This document shows, one piece after another, positions 50,455 through 63,940 of a DNA stretch of 64,000 nt. The first letter of the stretch is position 1. Every line of letters begins with the position of its first letter. The notes under the pieces were generated by a model that saw only the letters and a list, made by a program, of their open reading frames with translations, was not told where the DNA came from and made no database searches. Position numbers and translations under genes: made by a program. Source of the DNA: Octopus sinensis (Eukaryota); contig NC_042997.1 in the NCBI RefSeq assembly GCF_006345805.1, forward strand, positions 24,242,001-24,306,000, read 5' to 3'.

Positions 50455-51430
50455 GTGTTTATTTTTAAACCTTGCAATTATTCTATCGGTCATTTTGACG
50501 AACCTCTAGTTCACGGAGATACAAACGCACCGAGATCGGTGTCGAGCGGTAGTGGGGGGAAACAAACACAGACAGAAAGGTATTGTGGTAAGATGCTTGC
50601 TTCCCAACCGCATCGTTCCGGGTTTAGTCCTACTGTGTGGCACCTAGGGCAAGTCTCTTCTACTCTAGCCTCGGGTCGATCAAATACATGTGAATGGATC
50701 TGGTAGACGGAAACTGAAAGAAGCCCGTCGTGTATATATGTATATATATCTGTGTTTGTGTCTTTGCGCCTGTGTTTCTTCCTCAATCACCGCTTCACAA
50801 CTGGTGTTGGTGAGTTTATATCCCCGCAAGTTAGCGGTTCGGCAAAACAGATCGATAGAATAAGTAAAAGACTTAAGAAATAAGTCCTGGAGTAGATTTA
50901 TTCGACTAACAAAAAAAAAGCCACCAAGGTGCTCCAGCATGATCCCACTCAAATGACTAAAACAAGTAAATGAATAAAAGAATATATTCTTTTACTTGTT
51001 TCAGTTATATGACTACGGCCATGCTGGAGCACCGGCTTTAAGTGATTTTTAGTCGAGCAAATCGACCCTAGGGCTTATTCTTTGGTCCACCCGTGGCTAT
51101 ATAAGAAGACAATTACCCAAGGAGCTACGCAGTAGGACGAAAGCCGGAACCATGTGGTTGGGAAGCAAGCTTCTAACTACAATATCTTTCTTATTCTATA
51201 GGACTCTTTTGCCAAACCGCTAAGTTACGGGGACGCTAAGTTAACGCATCAAAGCCGTTTGTCAATTAGTATTGAGGAGACAAACACAAAGACACATAAT
51301 TATGTACACATACGAGGGATTCTTTCAGTTTCCGTCGATCATAACCACTCACAAGTTTTTGGTCGGGCCTAGCCTATAGTAGAAGACATTTGCACAAGAT
51401 ACCTCTTTGTAGGGCTGAACCCGCAACCAT
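50455..51430. mobile_element. Cluster of diverged SINE A pieces (plus copy 50578-50982, flanked by minus-strand fragments)
   Basis: SINE A motifs in both orientations. Confidence 0.75.
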
Positions 51431-51451
51431 GTGGCTGAGACGCGACCTTCT

Positions 51452-52047
51452 TATTTCTTTACTGCCCACAAGGGGCTACACACAGAGGAGACAAACAAGG
51501 ACAGACAAACGGATTAAGTCGATTACATCGACCACATTGCGTAAATGGTACTTATTTAATCGACTTCGAAAGAATGAAAAGCAAAGTCGACCTCGGCGGA
51601 ATTTGAACTCAGAACGTAGCGGCAAACGAAATACCAATTTCTTTACTACCCACAAGGGGCTAAACACAGATAGGACAAACAAGGACAGACAAACAGATTA
51701 AGTCGATTATATCGACCCCACTGTGTAACTGGTACTTAATTTATTGACCCCTAAAGGATGAAAGGCAAAGTCGACCTCGGCGAAATTTGAAGTTACAACG
51801 TAACGGCAGACGAAATACCTATTTCTTTATTACCCAGAAGGGGCTAAACACAGAGGGGACAAACAAGGACAGACATAGGTATTAAGTCGATTACATCGAC
51901 TCCAGTGCGTAACTGGTCCTTAATTTTATCGACCCCGAAAAGATGAAAGGCAAAGTCGACCTCGGTGGAATTTGAACTCAGAACGTAGCGGCAGACGATA
52001 TACCGCTAAGCATTTTGCCCTGCGTGCTAACCTTTCTGCCAGCTCGC
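51452..52047 (-). mobile_element. SINE B head-to-tail trimer
   Basis: One head followed by three body units joined at GAAATACC. Confidence 0.9.
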
Positions 52048-52581
52048 AATATTTTCTTACCACACAGACACGTCTACACCTAGATACAATTTTCAATTAT
52101 GTATTTACATATACGTTTATATCATTGCATTAAGTCTCAATACAGTAGATATTTGGCAACTGCGATCAGAAAGTCATACTCTTATGAAACTCCGTCATAT
52201 TTTATACGATTAAAGAGAATTCAGCACCTCTTCATAACCACATTTCATTTTGATGTATTAAATTTACTGTTTCCACGTCTTATTTATTTTGTAAACTATA
52301 CCTGGCCTTGGTTATTCCAAGTGCTACAGTAAATAACACTTAAAAATATATAGAAGGAATACAAGTGATAAACTTGAATGGAATATATTTCAGAAACTTT
52401 TATTTTTTGAAATTTTATATCGTGCGTTATATTTTGGGTTTAAAATTTTAAAACTTATTCCTCTTGAGAATGCTTGATAATGTTATTTTGTTATAAAGGT
52501 TATACTTAAGTGTGTATATGTATATCCATATAAATGTATGTATGTATACACACACACACACACCACACACACACATATATA

Positions 52582-52624
<43 letters not shown>

Positions 52625-52669
52625 CATGCATACATACATACATATATATATATATATGTGTGTGTATGG

Positions 52670-53048
52670 ATGCAAGTAGCTGTGTGATAAGAAGCTTGCT
52701 TCCCAACCATATGGTTCTGGGTTCAGACCCACTGCGTGGCACCTTGGACATGTGTTTTACTTTAGCCTCGGGTCGACCAACGCCTTATGAGTGGATTTGG
52801 TTGATGGAAACTTTGAAGAATTCCATGTTTATATTTGTTTATCCCCCCACCATCGCTTGAAAACCAGTGCTGAGTTACCTACGTCCCCATAACTTAGCGG
52901 TTCGACCTAAGAGGCCAATAGATTAAGTACTAGGCTCAGAATGAATAAGTCCTGGGGCATATTTCATCGACTAAAACCCATTAAGGCGAGGCGGTGCGTG
53001 CTCCAGCTTGGCCGCAGTCAAATGACTGAAACGAGTAAAAGAATAAAG
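52670..53048 (+). mobile_element. SINE A, diverged
   Basis: Head to tail. Confidence 0.82.
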
Positions 53049-53665
53049 GAATATATATATAGATATGTATGCATATACCAAGAGAGAAAGAGAAAGAGAG
53101 AGAGAGAGGATGGAGAGAAGGTGAGGGGGAGAGAATTCAAATTTAGCTGTCGAAGTGACCGTCTTTTATGCGAGATGGGGAAATATTCGACAGATTTAAA
53201 CATTGCACACTGTTGCACACCGTCCCTCTCACACAATATGCAATTACAATCAAATTTAGGTTTCAGCAGTGGTTTGGACCTAATTCATTGCTCGGCACCT
53301 GTTTAAAGCTGAATGGCGTCTTTCAATGGATCTAGACGTTAATGTTTCCCTGGATATTTGAATGTAATGAAAGAAGAAAGGAAAAAAAAAATTCTACCCA
53401 GTGAGAAAATCGTCAGGGGATAGTTCAATAATTTAATGATTTTAATCAACTTGACTTACTACATCTCTCTCTCTCTCCCCTTCTCTCGACTCGCCCTTCT
53501 CTCTTTATCTTTCTCTCCTTCCTCACTCACGTACTTGTGTGAGTATGTGTGCATGTTCACATATACTAAAATACATAAACTGTATGTACATGCTCGTATA
53601 TATTTCAGTGTATAAATGTATGCATGCATACTTGCACACGCACACTCACACACATACGCACACAT

Positions 53666-53762
53666 GGCGTAGGAGTTGCTTTGTGGTAAGAAGCTTGTTT
53701 CCCAACCACATGGTTCCGGGTTCAATCTCATTGCGTGGCACCTTGGGCAGGTGTCTTCTACT
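53666..53762 (+). mobile_element. SINE A 5' fragment
   Basis: Head plus CORE-like start only. Confidence 0.8.
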
Positions 53763-53785
53763 ACATACATATATATATAATATAT

Positions 53786-53830
<45 letters not shown>

Positions 53831-53896
53831 GTATATATGTATATACGTATGTATATATATGCACATATACAAAGGTATATGAGCATACATCTATAC

Positions 53897-54000
<104 letters not shown>

Positions 54001-54633
54001 GTATAGAAACGTGTACAACAAAAAAATACGAAGCACGAGTACATGGAATATGAATGGAATATGAACTATTTTTCGAACAACGAAAGACACAAATGGAAAA
54101 CAAGACAAACAGCATAAAGAACGACCCTTCATTAGTTCTTGGCTGTTTTTTCTCCTTTCTTATTTCGAGCATTTAACAACAATATACACTTTCGATAAAA
54201 CATTTGCTCCCGCAAAGCAAATTAAATATAGTTTGGGATTTTGCGGAGGGTCAAAATTGGTTGTAGTGGCGAACGCGTAAATCAACCTTGGTCACGAGAC
54301 AGACAAGAACACGTCTTCCTTGATCCAGCTACAACGGTGAAAAAGAAACACAAGTTAGGAGAAGAAAGATGGCCGATGGTCACGTGGGGGCCACGTGAGC
54401 AAGGGAAGAGGAGTTAGGGAGAGCGAGTGACTGAGTAATAGGAAAGAATAGTGGGAGAAGAGGAGGTAAAAGAATTAGAGAGAGAGAGAGTGCAAGAGAG
54501 AAAAACGAAAGAGTAAAAATATCGTATAGAGTGCACATCAGAATTATTAAGATAAAAGTTTCTTGGAAGAAGATGCGTGGCGTTGAATCATATAATAATA
54601 ATAATAATAATGATAATAATAATAATAATAATA

Positions 54634-54711
<78 letters not shown>

Positions 54712-54728
54712 TTCAGACAAATAATAAT

Positions 54729-54945
54729 AATATTCAGACAAATACATAGCAAAAACACCAGGACTTACAAACACATATAACATACAGAAAATTGCACTAC
54801 TAGGCACTGCACACATCCTACGCAGAGCACTTTCCATACAATAACCATTAGAGCATCACAACAAATCACAGCACATACCCAAGGCACACAGAGCTGCGCG
54901 CGGTAGTGAAGTGAAAGCACGCTATAAAAATAAAACTACTGAATA
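54729..54945 (+). mobile_element. 5'-truncated R4/Dong-type LINE 3' end in (TAA/GAT)n
   Basis: Nearly identical to 21380-21592 (YSDKYIAKTPGLTNTYNIQKIALLGTAHILRRALSIQ*). Confidence 0.85.
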
Positions 54946-55153
54946 ATGATAATAACAATACGACGTTGCTGGACTTCATATGAGATGAAATGCGTCTTTG
55001 ACTTCTTCGTGTCACTGCGGTGACTATGTTTGTCTCGGTACGGTATATATTTTGTGTTTATAATTTACTAAGTCTATGAAGAAATTTCACCTGAGACAAT
55101 TCCTTTCCATGCCTTTCAGTAGTGTGTATACATTTAGTATGTTACACAATTAG

Positions 55154-55234
<81 letters not shown>

Positions 55235-55245
<11 letters not shown>

Positions 55246-55415
55246 ATTCGAGACAAAACCACTATTTTAAAACCAAACAAGGAAGACTTAATCAATACAT
55301 AAAATTTTAATATAAATTAAATAAATTATTTAATTTATATTAAAATTTTATGTATTGATTAAGTCTTTCTTGTTTGGTTTTAAAATAGTGGTTTTGTCTC
55401 GAATTATATTATATA
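55235..55415. repeat. Near-perfect palindrome, about 180 bp with a 3-nt loop
   Basis: Arms of about 89 bp with one mismatch (GG vs GA near 55281), centred on 55325, next to (TA)n. Confidence 0.95.
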
Positions 55416-55492
55416 ATATTTTACTATAAAATTGGATTTAACCCTAAATCTGATTTTTCCCTGTAATTTTGGATTCATTCCCTAATATTTAT

Positions 55493-55530
<38 letters not shown>

Positions 55531-55693
55531 GAGAGAGAGTTATATGTATATATGTATGTATATATATATAATATATATATAAATATGCGTGCACGCGCGC
55601 ATGTGTTTGTGTGTGTGTGTGTGTGTGTGTGCGTTCATACGCATGCACTGTCTTATACGCATAGAAAAACCTACACACACACACGCAGACGCT

Positions 55694-55731
<38 letters not shown>

Positions 55732-55844
55732 CAGTAACACAAACTCGAATATTTGAAATTTCAAATTTCACATTCATATGTGAGAAGTACTTTTATTAAT
55801 ATTTGCAGACACTTCTGCTCTTTGTCTTAGGTGACGTATACTAC

Positions 55845-56243
55845 TACTACTACTACCACCACCACCACCACAACTACTACTACTACTACTACTACCATTA
55901 CCACCACCACCACCACCACCACCACCACTACTGCTGTGCTGCTGCTACTACTAATACTACTACTACTAGTACTACTACCATCACCACCACCACCACCACC
56001 ACCACTACTACTACTACTGCTGTGCTGCTGCTAATACTAATACTACTACTACTAGTACTACTACTACTACTACCATCATCACCACCACCACCAACACTAC
56101 TACTCTACTACTACTACTACTACTACCACTACTAATACTACTACTACTATTACTTCTACTATTATTACTTCCACCACCACGACTACAACAACTACTACTA
56201 CTACTGTTGCTGCTGCTATTGCTGCTGCCACCACCACCACACC

Positions 56244-56286
<43 letters not shown>

Positions 56287-56304
56287 ATACTACTACTACT
56301 ACTA

Positions 56305-56346
<42 letters not shown>

Positions 56347-56350
56347 ATGT
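55845..56350. repeat. (CTA)n/(CAC)n compound trinucleotide array
   Basis: Direct reading. Confidence 0.95.
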
Positions 56351-57055
56351 TTTGTACGTATTACATGCAATCGTTTTCATTAGTGTAACCTCGCTCCAGG
56401 TTATACTAATAAAAACATAAATCCATGCATCTGGGGTAGGAATACTTAAGGGAGAGAAAATTCATTGACGTAAATGTTGTTGTGTTTGGGTATGAATGTG
56501 TATTTGTTTAGAAGTGTAATTAATGATCGTGTTATTTGATAATGTGTTTCTTATATACGACTCATAACTCAAAGCTTCACTATATTTGGTAAATTGTATT
56601 TTTATAATTTAAACAACATTATTTTTCGGGAGTGACCCTAAGTTGTGAAAAAAAAAAAAAAATGTGTCAATGTCTATATGTGGCATGTGGCATATAGCGT
56701 TAACGATTTTAATTTTATAGTCAGCAGAGGTAGAACATATAGAATGCTTGAGCAGTCACCTTAGATTACTACATGTTTATGTTCCATATAACAATTTTTT
56801 GCTTATGTACTGTAGAACTAAATTCATTCTTCAAACAGGTCAAAATGTTGTCTCATATAACACGGGCCCTAATTTAAGAAACATGTACTAGTGTCACACT
56901 AAATTTAGCATTAAATTTCGAATATACACCTCTTTACATGAATTTATACACTTTACATCAGCGCATGTTAGTGAATGTGGTTGTTGCTCTTTACATCAAT
57001 AACCATCCACGCTATCGTGTTGTAATGTTAAAACAGTAAAAAGTTGTGTGTAAAG

Positions 57056-57656
57056 GATTTTGAAACTAAAAACAAACACATACATTTCCATTCATATATA
57101 CATACATGTGGAGGCGCAATGGACTAGTGGTTAGGGCAGCGGACTCGCGGTCGCAGGATCGCGGTTTCGATTCCCAGACCGGGCGTTGTGTGTGTTTATT
57201 GAGCGAAAACACGACATGTCCAAAAGTCCCGTGTCCCAGAATTCCGTACCTCAAAGTTTCTAAATTTTGCCGCGAGACCAGCAGTTTTAAGAAGAAAGAA
57301 GAAATCACTGCTGTTACGTTCTGAGTTCAAATTTCGCCGAGGTCAACTTTGCATTTCATCCTTTCAGGGTCGATAAATTAAGTACCAGTATCGCACTGGG
57401 GTCGATGTAATCGACTTGATCCGTTTGTCTGTCCTTGTTTGTCCCCTCTGTGTTTAGTTCCTTGTGGGTATTAAAGAAACAGATATCCAACCTAGAACTT
57501 GATTTTGAAACTAAAAACAAACACATACATTTCCATTCATATATACATACATGTGGAGGCGCAATGGCCTAAGGTTAGGGCAGTGGACTCGCGGTCGCAG
57601 GCTCGCGGTTTCGATTCCCAGACCGGGCGTTGTGTGTGTTTATTGAGCGAAAACAC
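57056..57656 (+). repeat. Local duplication: 156-bp direct repeats (57056-57212 and 57501-57656) flanking a copy of 59495-59617 interrupted by a SINE B
   Basis: Direct sequence comparison; see findings. Confidence 0.88.
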
Positions 57657-57842
57657 CTAAAAGCTCCACGAGGCTCCGGCAGGGGGTGGTGATCCCTGCT
57701 GTACTCTTTCACCACTCTTTCTCCCACTCTTTCTTCTGTTGGCCTGCTCGCTTAGCCAGCGGGGTGGCGTCATTCGAAGGCTAAAACAATGCATTGTGAC
57801 CAGCGATGTGTAACAACATCTGATCGTCTGGTCGGTCACGTG
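57553..57842 (+). mobile_element. SINE C head with tail type 3
   Basis: The TSD ATATACATACAT lies at 57541-57552 and 57843-57854. The tail GTGACCAGCGATGTGTAACAACATCTGATCGTCTGGTCGGTCACGTGAT also occurs alone at 33012-33070. Confidence 0.88.
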
Positions 57843-58150
57843 ATATACATACATACGGACTTACACACACACTCGCTCGTGCGCGCACACTCACATGCAC
57901 ACACACACACGCGCGCGCGCACATTTACATTTGCGGCAGAAGTATTTGGGCACACAGTTGATTGGATCCAACAGTCGTTTATATCTATATCAATTTACGA
58001 AATGAGCATAAGGAGGAAAAGGCGGTGTCCGGGCAAAATCGTCAGTACGTCGGATTGGATGCTTAGCAGTATTTCTTCCAACTTGTTACGTTCGGGGTTC
58101 AATTCCCGCTAAGGTCAACTTTGCATTTCATCGCTTCGGCATCGATAAAA

Positions 58151-58547
58151 TCTTTATATATAAAAGTCAAGTTGTGTGTCTGTCTCCTACGATTTAGATT
58201 CCTAACTACTCCCACATTTTGCGGTGCAGTTTAACCAAAACCGGGTATCTTATAGTCGTGATTCATATCGAGTCCTTCTGGGTATTAGCGCGCGTCTACG
58301 ATGAGTCTACGATTTAAAAAAAAAATTACCATCATTTTTTCCATTTTAATGCATTTTTTCGCTATTATATAAGGGAAGTAACTCTCTAAAAGTGTCTACG
58401 ATGAGTCAACGATTTAAAAAAAAAATTACCATAATTTTTTTCCCATTTTTAATGCATTTCTTTGCTATTTTTTGGCTATGACTCTCTAAAAATGCTTATA
58501 TAGGTATTTCCCTTACAAACCCGAGCAACGCCGGGCGATACTGCAAG
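58151..58547 (+). mobile_element. Non-autonomous Helitron (second copy), inserted in a SINE B (58021-58620)
   Basis: A|TC start, the same hairpin, CAAG|T end (CTAG mutated). Roughly 95% identical to 42712-43106. Confidence 0.92.
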
Positions 58548-58880
58548 TAACGTATAAATCAAGTATTAAGTTCGTTGTAATCGACTTGTCCCTCTCCCTC
58601 AGATATTGCTGGCCTTGAACACTGGAACGAACTCGTGTCCCTTTCAGGAGTAAAATTCTGATTCCAATCACTTATATGCCGTGGAAATCGGGTGACTGTT
58701 TTTATGAGTAAGGCTCAAAAGGAAAATAAACAAAAATATATGAAGACGAACGCTAACCCTAACCCTAAGACATTGTTGGCTATACTATAAATCAAAGAGG
58801 AACCAACTGTCTACCGTTTCTGCAACTCAACCACTTTGCCTGAGACATTTTAAGGAATGGTGATACTCTTTTCTTATTTA

Positions 58881-59441
58881 GGCACAAGGCCCGAAATTTT
58901 ATGGAGCCAGTCGATTAGATTGACCACTGTAAGCAACTAGTACTTTATTTACCGACCCCGAAAGAATGAAAGGTAAAGTCGACTTTGGCGAAATTTGAAC
59001 TCGGAACATAAAGACAAACGAAATACCAATTTCTTTACTACCCACAAGGGGCCAAACACAGAGGAGACAAACAAGGACAGGCAGACGGATTAAGTCGATT
59101 ATATCGACCCCAGTGCGTAACTGGTACTTAATTTATCGACCCCGAAAGGATGAAAGGCAAAGTCGACCTCGGCGAAATTTGAATTTACAACGTAACGGCA
59201 GACGAAATACCTATTTTTTATTACCCAGAAGGGGCTAAACACAGAGGGGACAAACAAGGACAGACATAGGTATTAAGTCGATTACATTGACTCCAGTGCG
59301 TAACTGGTACTTAATTTATCGACCTCGAAAGGATGAAAGGCAAAGTCGACCGCGGCGGAATTTGAACTCAGAACGTAACGGCAAACGAAATACGGCTACG
59401 CATTTCGTCCGGCGTGCTAATGTTACTGCCAGCTCGCCGCC
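58881..59441 (-). mobile_element. SINE B head-to-tail trimer
   Basis: Two units share diagnostic variants with 51636-52047. The third unit has the variant 3' end. Confidence 0.9.
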
Positions 59442-59725
59442 TTATGAATGGTGATATTTTAAAACAATGGTCTGGGGGCATGATTATGGAGAGTCACGAC
59501 ATGTCCAAAAGTCCCGTGTCCCAGAATTCCGTACCTCAAAGTTTCTAAATTTTGCCGCGCGACCAGCAGTTTTAAGAGGAAAGAATAAATCAATGATATC
59601 CAACCTAGAACTTGATTGGCACCGTATTTGATCGCTACCGAACACATGAATGTCAAAGTTGACGTAAGCGGGATTTGATACCAGGGCAAGTACTGCAAAG
59701 CATCTATCTATCTGTCTATCTATCT

Positions 59726-60206
59726 GGCACGTATGAATGACGAAGCATAATCCTATGAACCCAGAAATTGAAAACAAAGGGTTACCCACTTGCAAACAAA
59801 TGTGGTAACATATAACAATATTGGCCAAGGTTACCGTGGTCTTTTTCGTAGTCTTTTCTTCCCACGGATAAAACTTACTTGCTTTCCCCCTTTACACCAT
59901 ACATCATGACACTGTGATACACGATCCCTATTGATCGTTTTCTTTTCCTCTTACCTTTTTTTTCCTCTTTTTTCTTCTTTTTTCATTTTTCTTTTCCTTT
60001 GTTCCTTTTCCCTTTTTTCTTTTTTCTTTTCCTTTTTTTTGTTCTTTTTTCCCTTTTACGATCCCTTTTAATCGAAAACCTACGCCACCCTTTTTTTTAA
60101 TTCTTTTTTTTTTGTTTTTTGTTGTTTTTTTTTCATCCCCCAAAAGAAAAGCTCTACCTTGTAACTTGTCCCATCTGTGTGCAGCCCTGTGTGGCCAATA
60201 AAGAAA
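59726..60206 (+). mobile_element. 3' end of the (TATC)n-embedded LINE-like element, second copy
   Basis: Homologous to 22698-23084 but extends further 5'. TATC repeats lie on both sides. Confidence 0.7.
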
Positions 60207-60343
60207 CTTAGCTATCTATCTATCTATCTATCTATCTAACATGTCCGCGCGTATTGTGAATTAAACTTAAAAACTTAAAATTCAAATAAATTTAATAGCT
60301 GTGCCTGTTATAAAAGTATTAACTGCATCATTCATCATCTTAT

Positions 60344-60382
<39 letters not shown>

Positions 60383-62170
60383 TATATGTGTGTATATGTG
60401 TGTGTGTATATATACACATATATATCAATATATATGTATATATTTATACATATATACGTACACACGTACAATCATACATATATATATATATATATACACA
60501 CACATATGTGTGTGTTATAATTATAAAGATATATATATGTACACATATGTATGTATATATATATATGTGTGTGTGTATATATATACATATAACGTTTTAT
60601 ATTTATATGTAAATATATATACATTCACACGAACAAGTATACATGTGTATATATACATATATATTATATACACACATATAGTTATATATATATATATATA
60701 CATACATATATGTATATATATACATATATATATATATAGTATATATATATAAATTTTATATATATATATATATTTATATTATATATATATATATATATAT
60801 ATATTATTTATACACACAAACGTATGTGTGTGGTGTGTGTTGCGCGTGTGTTGGTGTGTGTGTGTGTGTGTTTGTGTAGAGATATATAGACGCTCAATGA
60901 GTTTGCTATCGCAACTGGTTTCATACTGTGAAATTTGTGTATTTGTATTTTTCTATTTCCTTACGGTATTTTGCTTCTTGTCTGTCTCCTGTTTATTGTT
61001 TCGCATCTTTTCCACAGATTTTCTTTATACCTCTATTATTGAATGATTCTTTTGGCTTCATATTTGTTGTGAATATTTCTTAACCTCATCATACACAGAA
61101 TTTCAAAGACTTTGCACTTCTTGTTTTTGCTCTGCCTGAGACAGCCTCAGGTGCACTACACATATAAACAGTTCTAAGCATGCGTCAACACACAAATATA
61201 TATAGCAATATGTACACATAAAGAGAGAGAGAGGGAAAAAGATAGAGAGAGAGACAGCGAGAAAGAGGGTGAGAGAGACAGAGAGAACGAGAGTGAGAGA
61301 GACAGAGAGAGACAGAGTGTGGGGTTGTATATGTATTCACTTATGTATCTGTGTACGTGTGTAAATGTGCGTGTGTGAGCGAGCGTTTGAGTTTGTGTTT
61401 GGATAATGTAACTTCACAAAAGAAAAAAGTTACAGCATTTGCCTGCAGTGCCTTATTGTTTAAGGCAAAATACGAATGTTTTGCTTCCACGGCAGTATCA
61501 GGATGCTGCGTGACGGAGGAAGAAAAATAAGGTTTGTTGATGCTCGTCTAAAGATATTTCTTTTATTCATTTATTTTCTCATTGTTATTAATTTAATTCT
61601 TCAAGACTTTAGAGTAAAAGAATTCCTTGAACCAAGAGTTTTCAGTGTTTGTATATTGGTTAGATTGTATCTATTTCATGTAGTTGATGCGTTTTCAGAA
61701 CAGTATTTTTGTCACCTATTGACATAAAAATCTCTAAAGAACATTTTTCTTGGATAGTGAAGTATGCACGTTTATCCAGAATTAGCTGTCGAATAGATAT
61801 TAGCTAACATGACAGAGCTAATAATACAAAGAAAGAAACGTGGGGGATCTTGCTATTCTATTTGATAAATTCATTTCACGCAAGCTCCAAACACCATTCA
61901 TAAATGAATCAACGGGAGAGCATCAACGTCGTTGCTTGACATGCTATAAATAGCAGTTACATCTCTCCCAAACCATACTCAACTATCTTAAGGAAAGACT
62001 CATTCGTTAATATAGGTCGTGGTTCACGATTTTACAAATAGAAAATGAAATGAAATAACTTCAATGCATTAATTTATAGGTCTACCTGATCAGTGATGAC
62101 TTAGGTCTAAAAGCAACATCAAAATAGAAACAACTAGAACAACTTCCATTCATAAATAATTGTTTTTGTA

Positions 62171-62736
62171 TTGAGTTCTCCAGAAAGTTCGTGCCGATTT
62201 TTAAAATAAAGAAAAAGGTCAATAAATACTTGCCATTACATTTTTAATCAACCAGATATGAACCATTTTGTTGCACAATGCATCTCCATCTTTCCCTTAA
62301 CTTGAAAATACCCTCTTCCCAGAATTGAGGTGATTTCATGGCAAAGAATTCATCAGGTTATCTTTTTACGTCATCCAAGGAATAGGAATTTTTACCATTA
62401 AGACTATTCTGCTGAGACCTGAATAAGTGGAAATCCGAAGGAGCAATATCTGGTGAATATGGAGGGTGGGGTAAAACATCCCAGCCGAGCTGCAGCAATT
62501 TTTGTCTGGTTCCCAAAGCATCAAGTGCTGAAAATGAACTTTCTTATTTTCCATTTCAAAGGGTTACAGAATTAACACAGGTTATAGGAACATAAATCTT
62601 CTTCCACAAAAAGATAGCTTAAACTGTGCTGTAAATGGAGGTGTAGTCAAATCCTATTTTATGGACTCAACCATGTTCTAAAATAAATCGAAAGGTGATC
62701 TACTATAAATCGGCACGAACTTTCCAGACAACCCAA
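62171..62736 (-). mobile_element. Internally deleted mariner element
   Basis: TIRs of about 30 bp, TT(G/A)GTT(G/C)TC..GAAAGTTCGTGCCGATTT, with TA on both sides. The N-terminus MENKKVHFQHLMLWE and C-terminus DEFFAMKSPQFWEEGIFKLRERWRCIVQQNGSYLVD* of a mariner transposase are retained; the catalytic core is deleted. Confidence 0.9.
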
Positions 62737-63940
62737 TATTTTTGATTTATGAAAAAGTACACCCGGTATCAGTAATCTTTGCAAGAATGAGTAAATATGG
62801 CTGTTGTTTAGTTTGAAAAGCAGCAGGCCAGTTTCTGTAGGGAAATGTCGAATAGCGGGTTACAGTTATAGCGAATAAATATTGTGCAAAGTTATTAATG
62901 CGGAATCTCAGGGATGAGACAGAAAAAGAAAAAAAAAATGAAAAGAGACGCATATGAAGAGTAGTCATTGGAGTAGTCGAGATGGAGATAGAGATGGAGA
63001 AGATAGGAATAAATAAGTCAGTAATTGTAGTGGATGACTCCTCATTCAAACAATGGCTGCAATAAGTAAAGAGGAAGTTTGCTAGTTTAGATTATCAGAA
63101 ATAGTTGCAGTAAAAGTAGTGGAAGCAAGAGAAAAGGAAACAGGTGTCAATGTTTGTAGTATTTCAAATAAGGATTCTTTAACAATTTGACAAAAAGTTT
63201 CATTTTAGACGCTTTCTAAAATAATAGCCTGTGTCGCATTATCAGCATTTAACACATGTGTACAGTCTTCTATTGTACACCATACTTGTGCTTGCAAGGG
63301 ACATGCAACTGGACTGAGCTGAATAATTTCTTACGATAAATATTCAGCCTATCATTCTGATGCATTTTTGGCAACGTTAAATATGAGGTCACTTATGTAA
63401 TCAGATCATTGTATATTATGTATCCTAATATTTGTAGTAATTTTTAGGGTGCATCTATCACACATGTATAGAAAGGTATTTGTATATCACTATTTCCTAA
63501 AATACACATAGTGTTTATGTCTATGTACTAACGAAGGAAAAGTTGCAGCTATGTTCTCAATGAAGGATGTTATAAATAATTCCGGTAATAAAGGTAATAA
63601 AAGTATGGTGGCAATAATGTCAGGATTATGGCGAAGAAGCTTGTACGAGGAAGTTCAAGGAGGACCGTCGGTTGCTATCACCTACATATAACTATATATT
63701 ATTAGAAAAGACTGACTTCGATGAGCAGAATGGAAAGTGGGTGAGACTTACCTAAAATTTGGGCATTTGCATTATTGATGTAAAGTGCGCGCGTGAGAAC
63801 TCTATGGGTATTTGCGCAATGGTGCCCTATGAATCAAAGCTAGTAAGAAATGAGAATTATACAGAAACTCCTGAAGGTCAATTTTACGATACATTTCTAA
63901 TGTTAAACGCAGTCGTATTATGTACTAGTTTGATATTCAG

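Noticed and set aside
51452-52047. Regularly spaced repeats suggesting a CRISPR array
   Set aside because: The units are ~185-bp SINE bodies with no unique spacers and no cas genes, in a eukaryotic context.
62760-63480. Possible pogo-like transposase C-terminus (NIVQSY*CGIS)
   Set aside because: A single weak motif with no TIRs identified.
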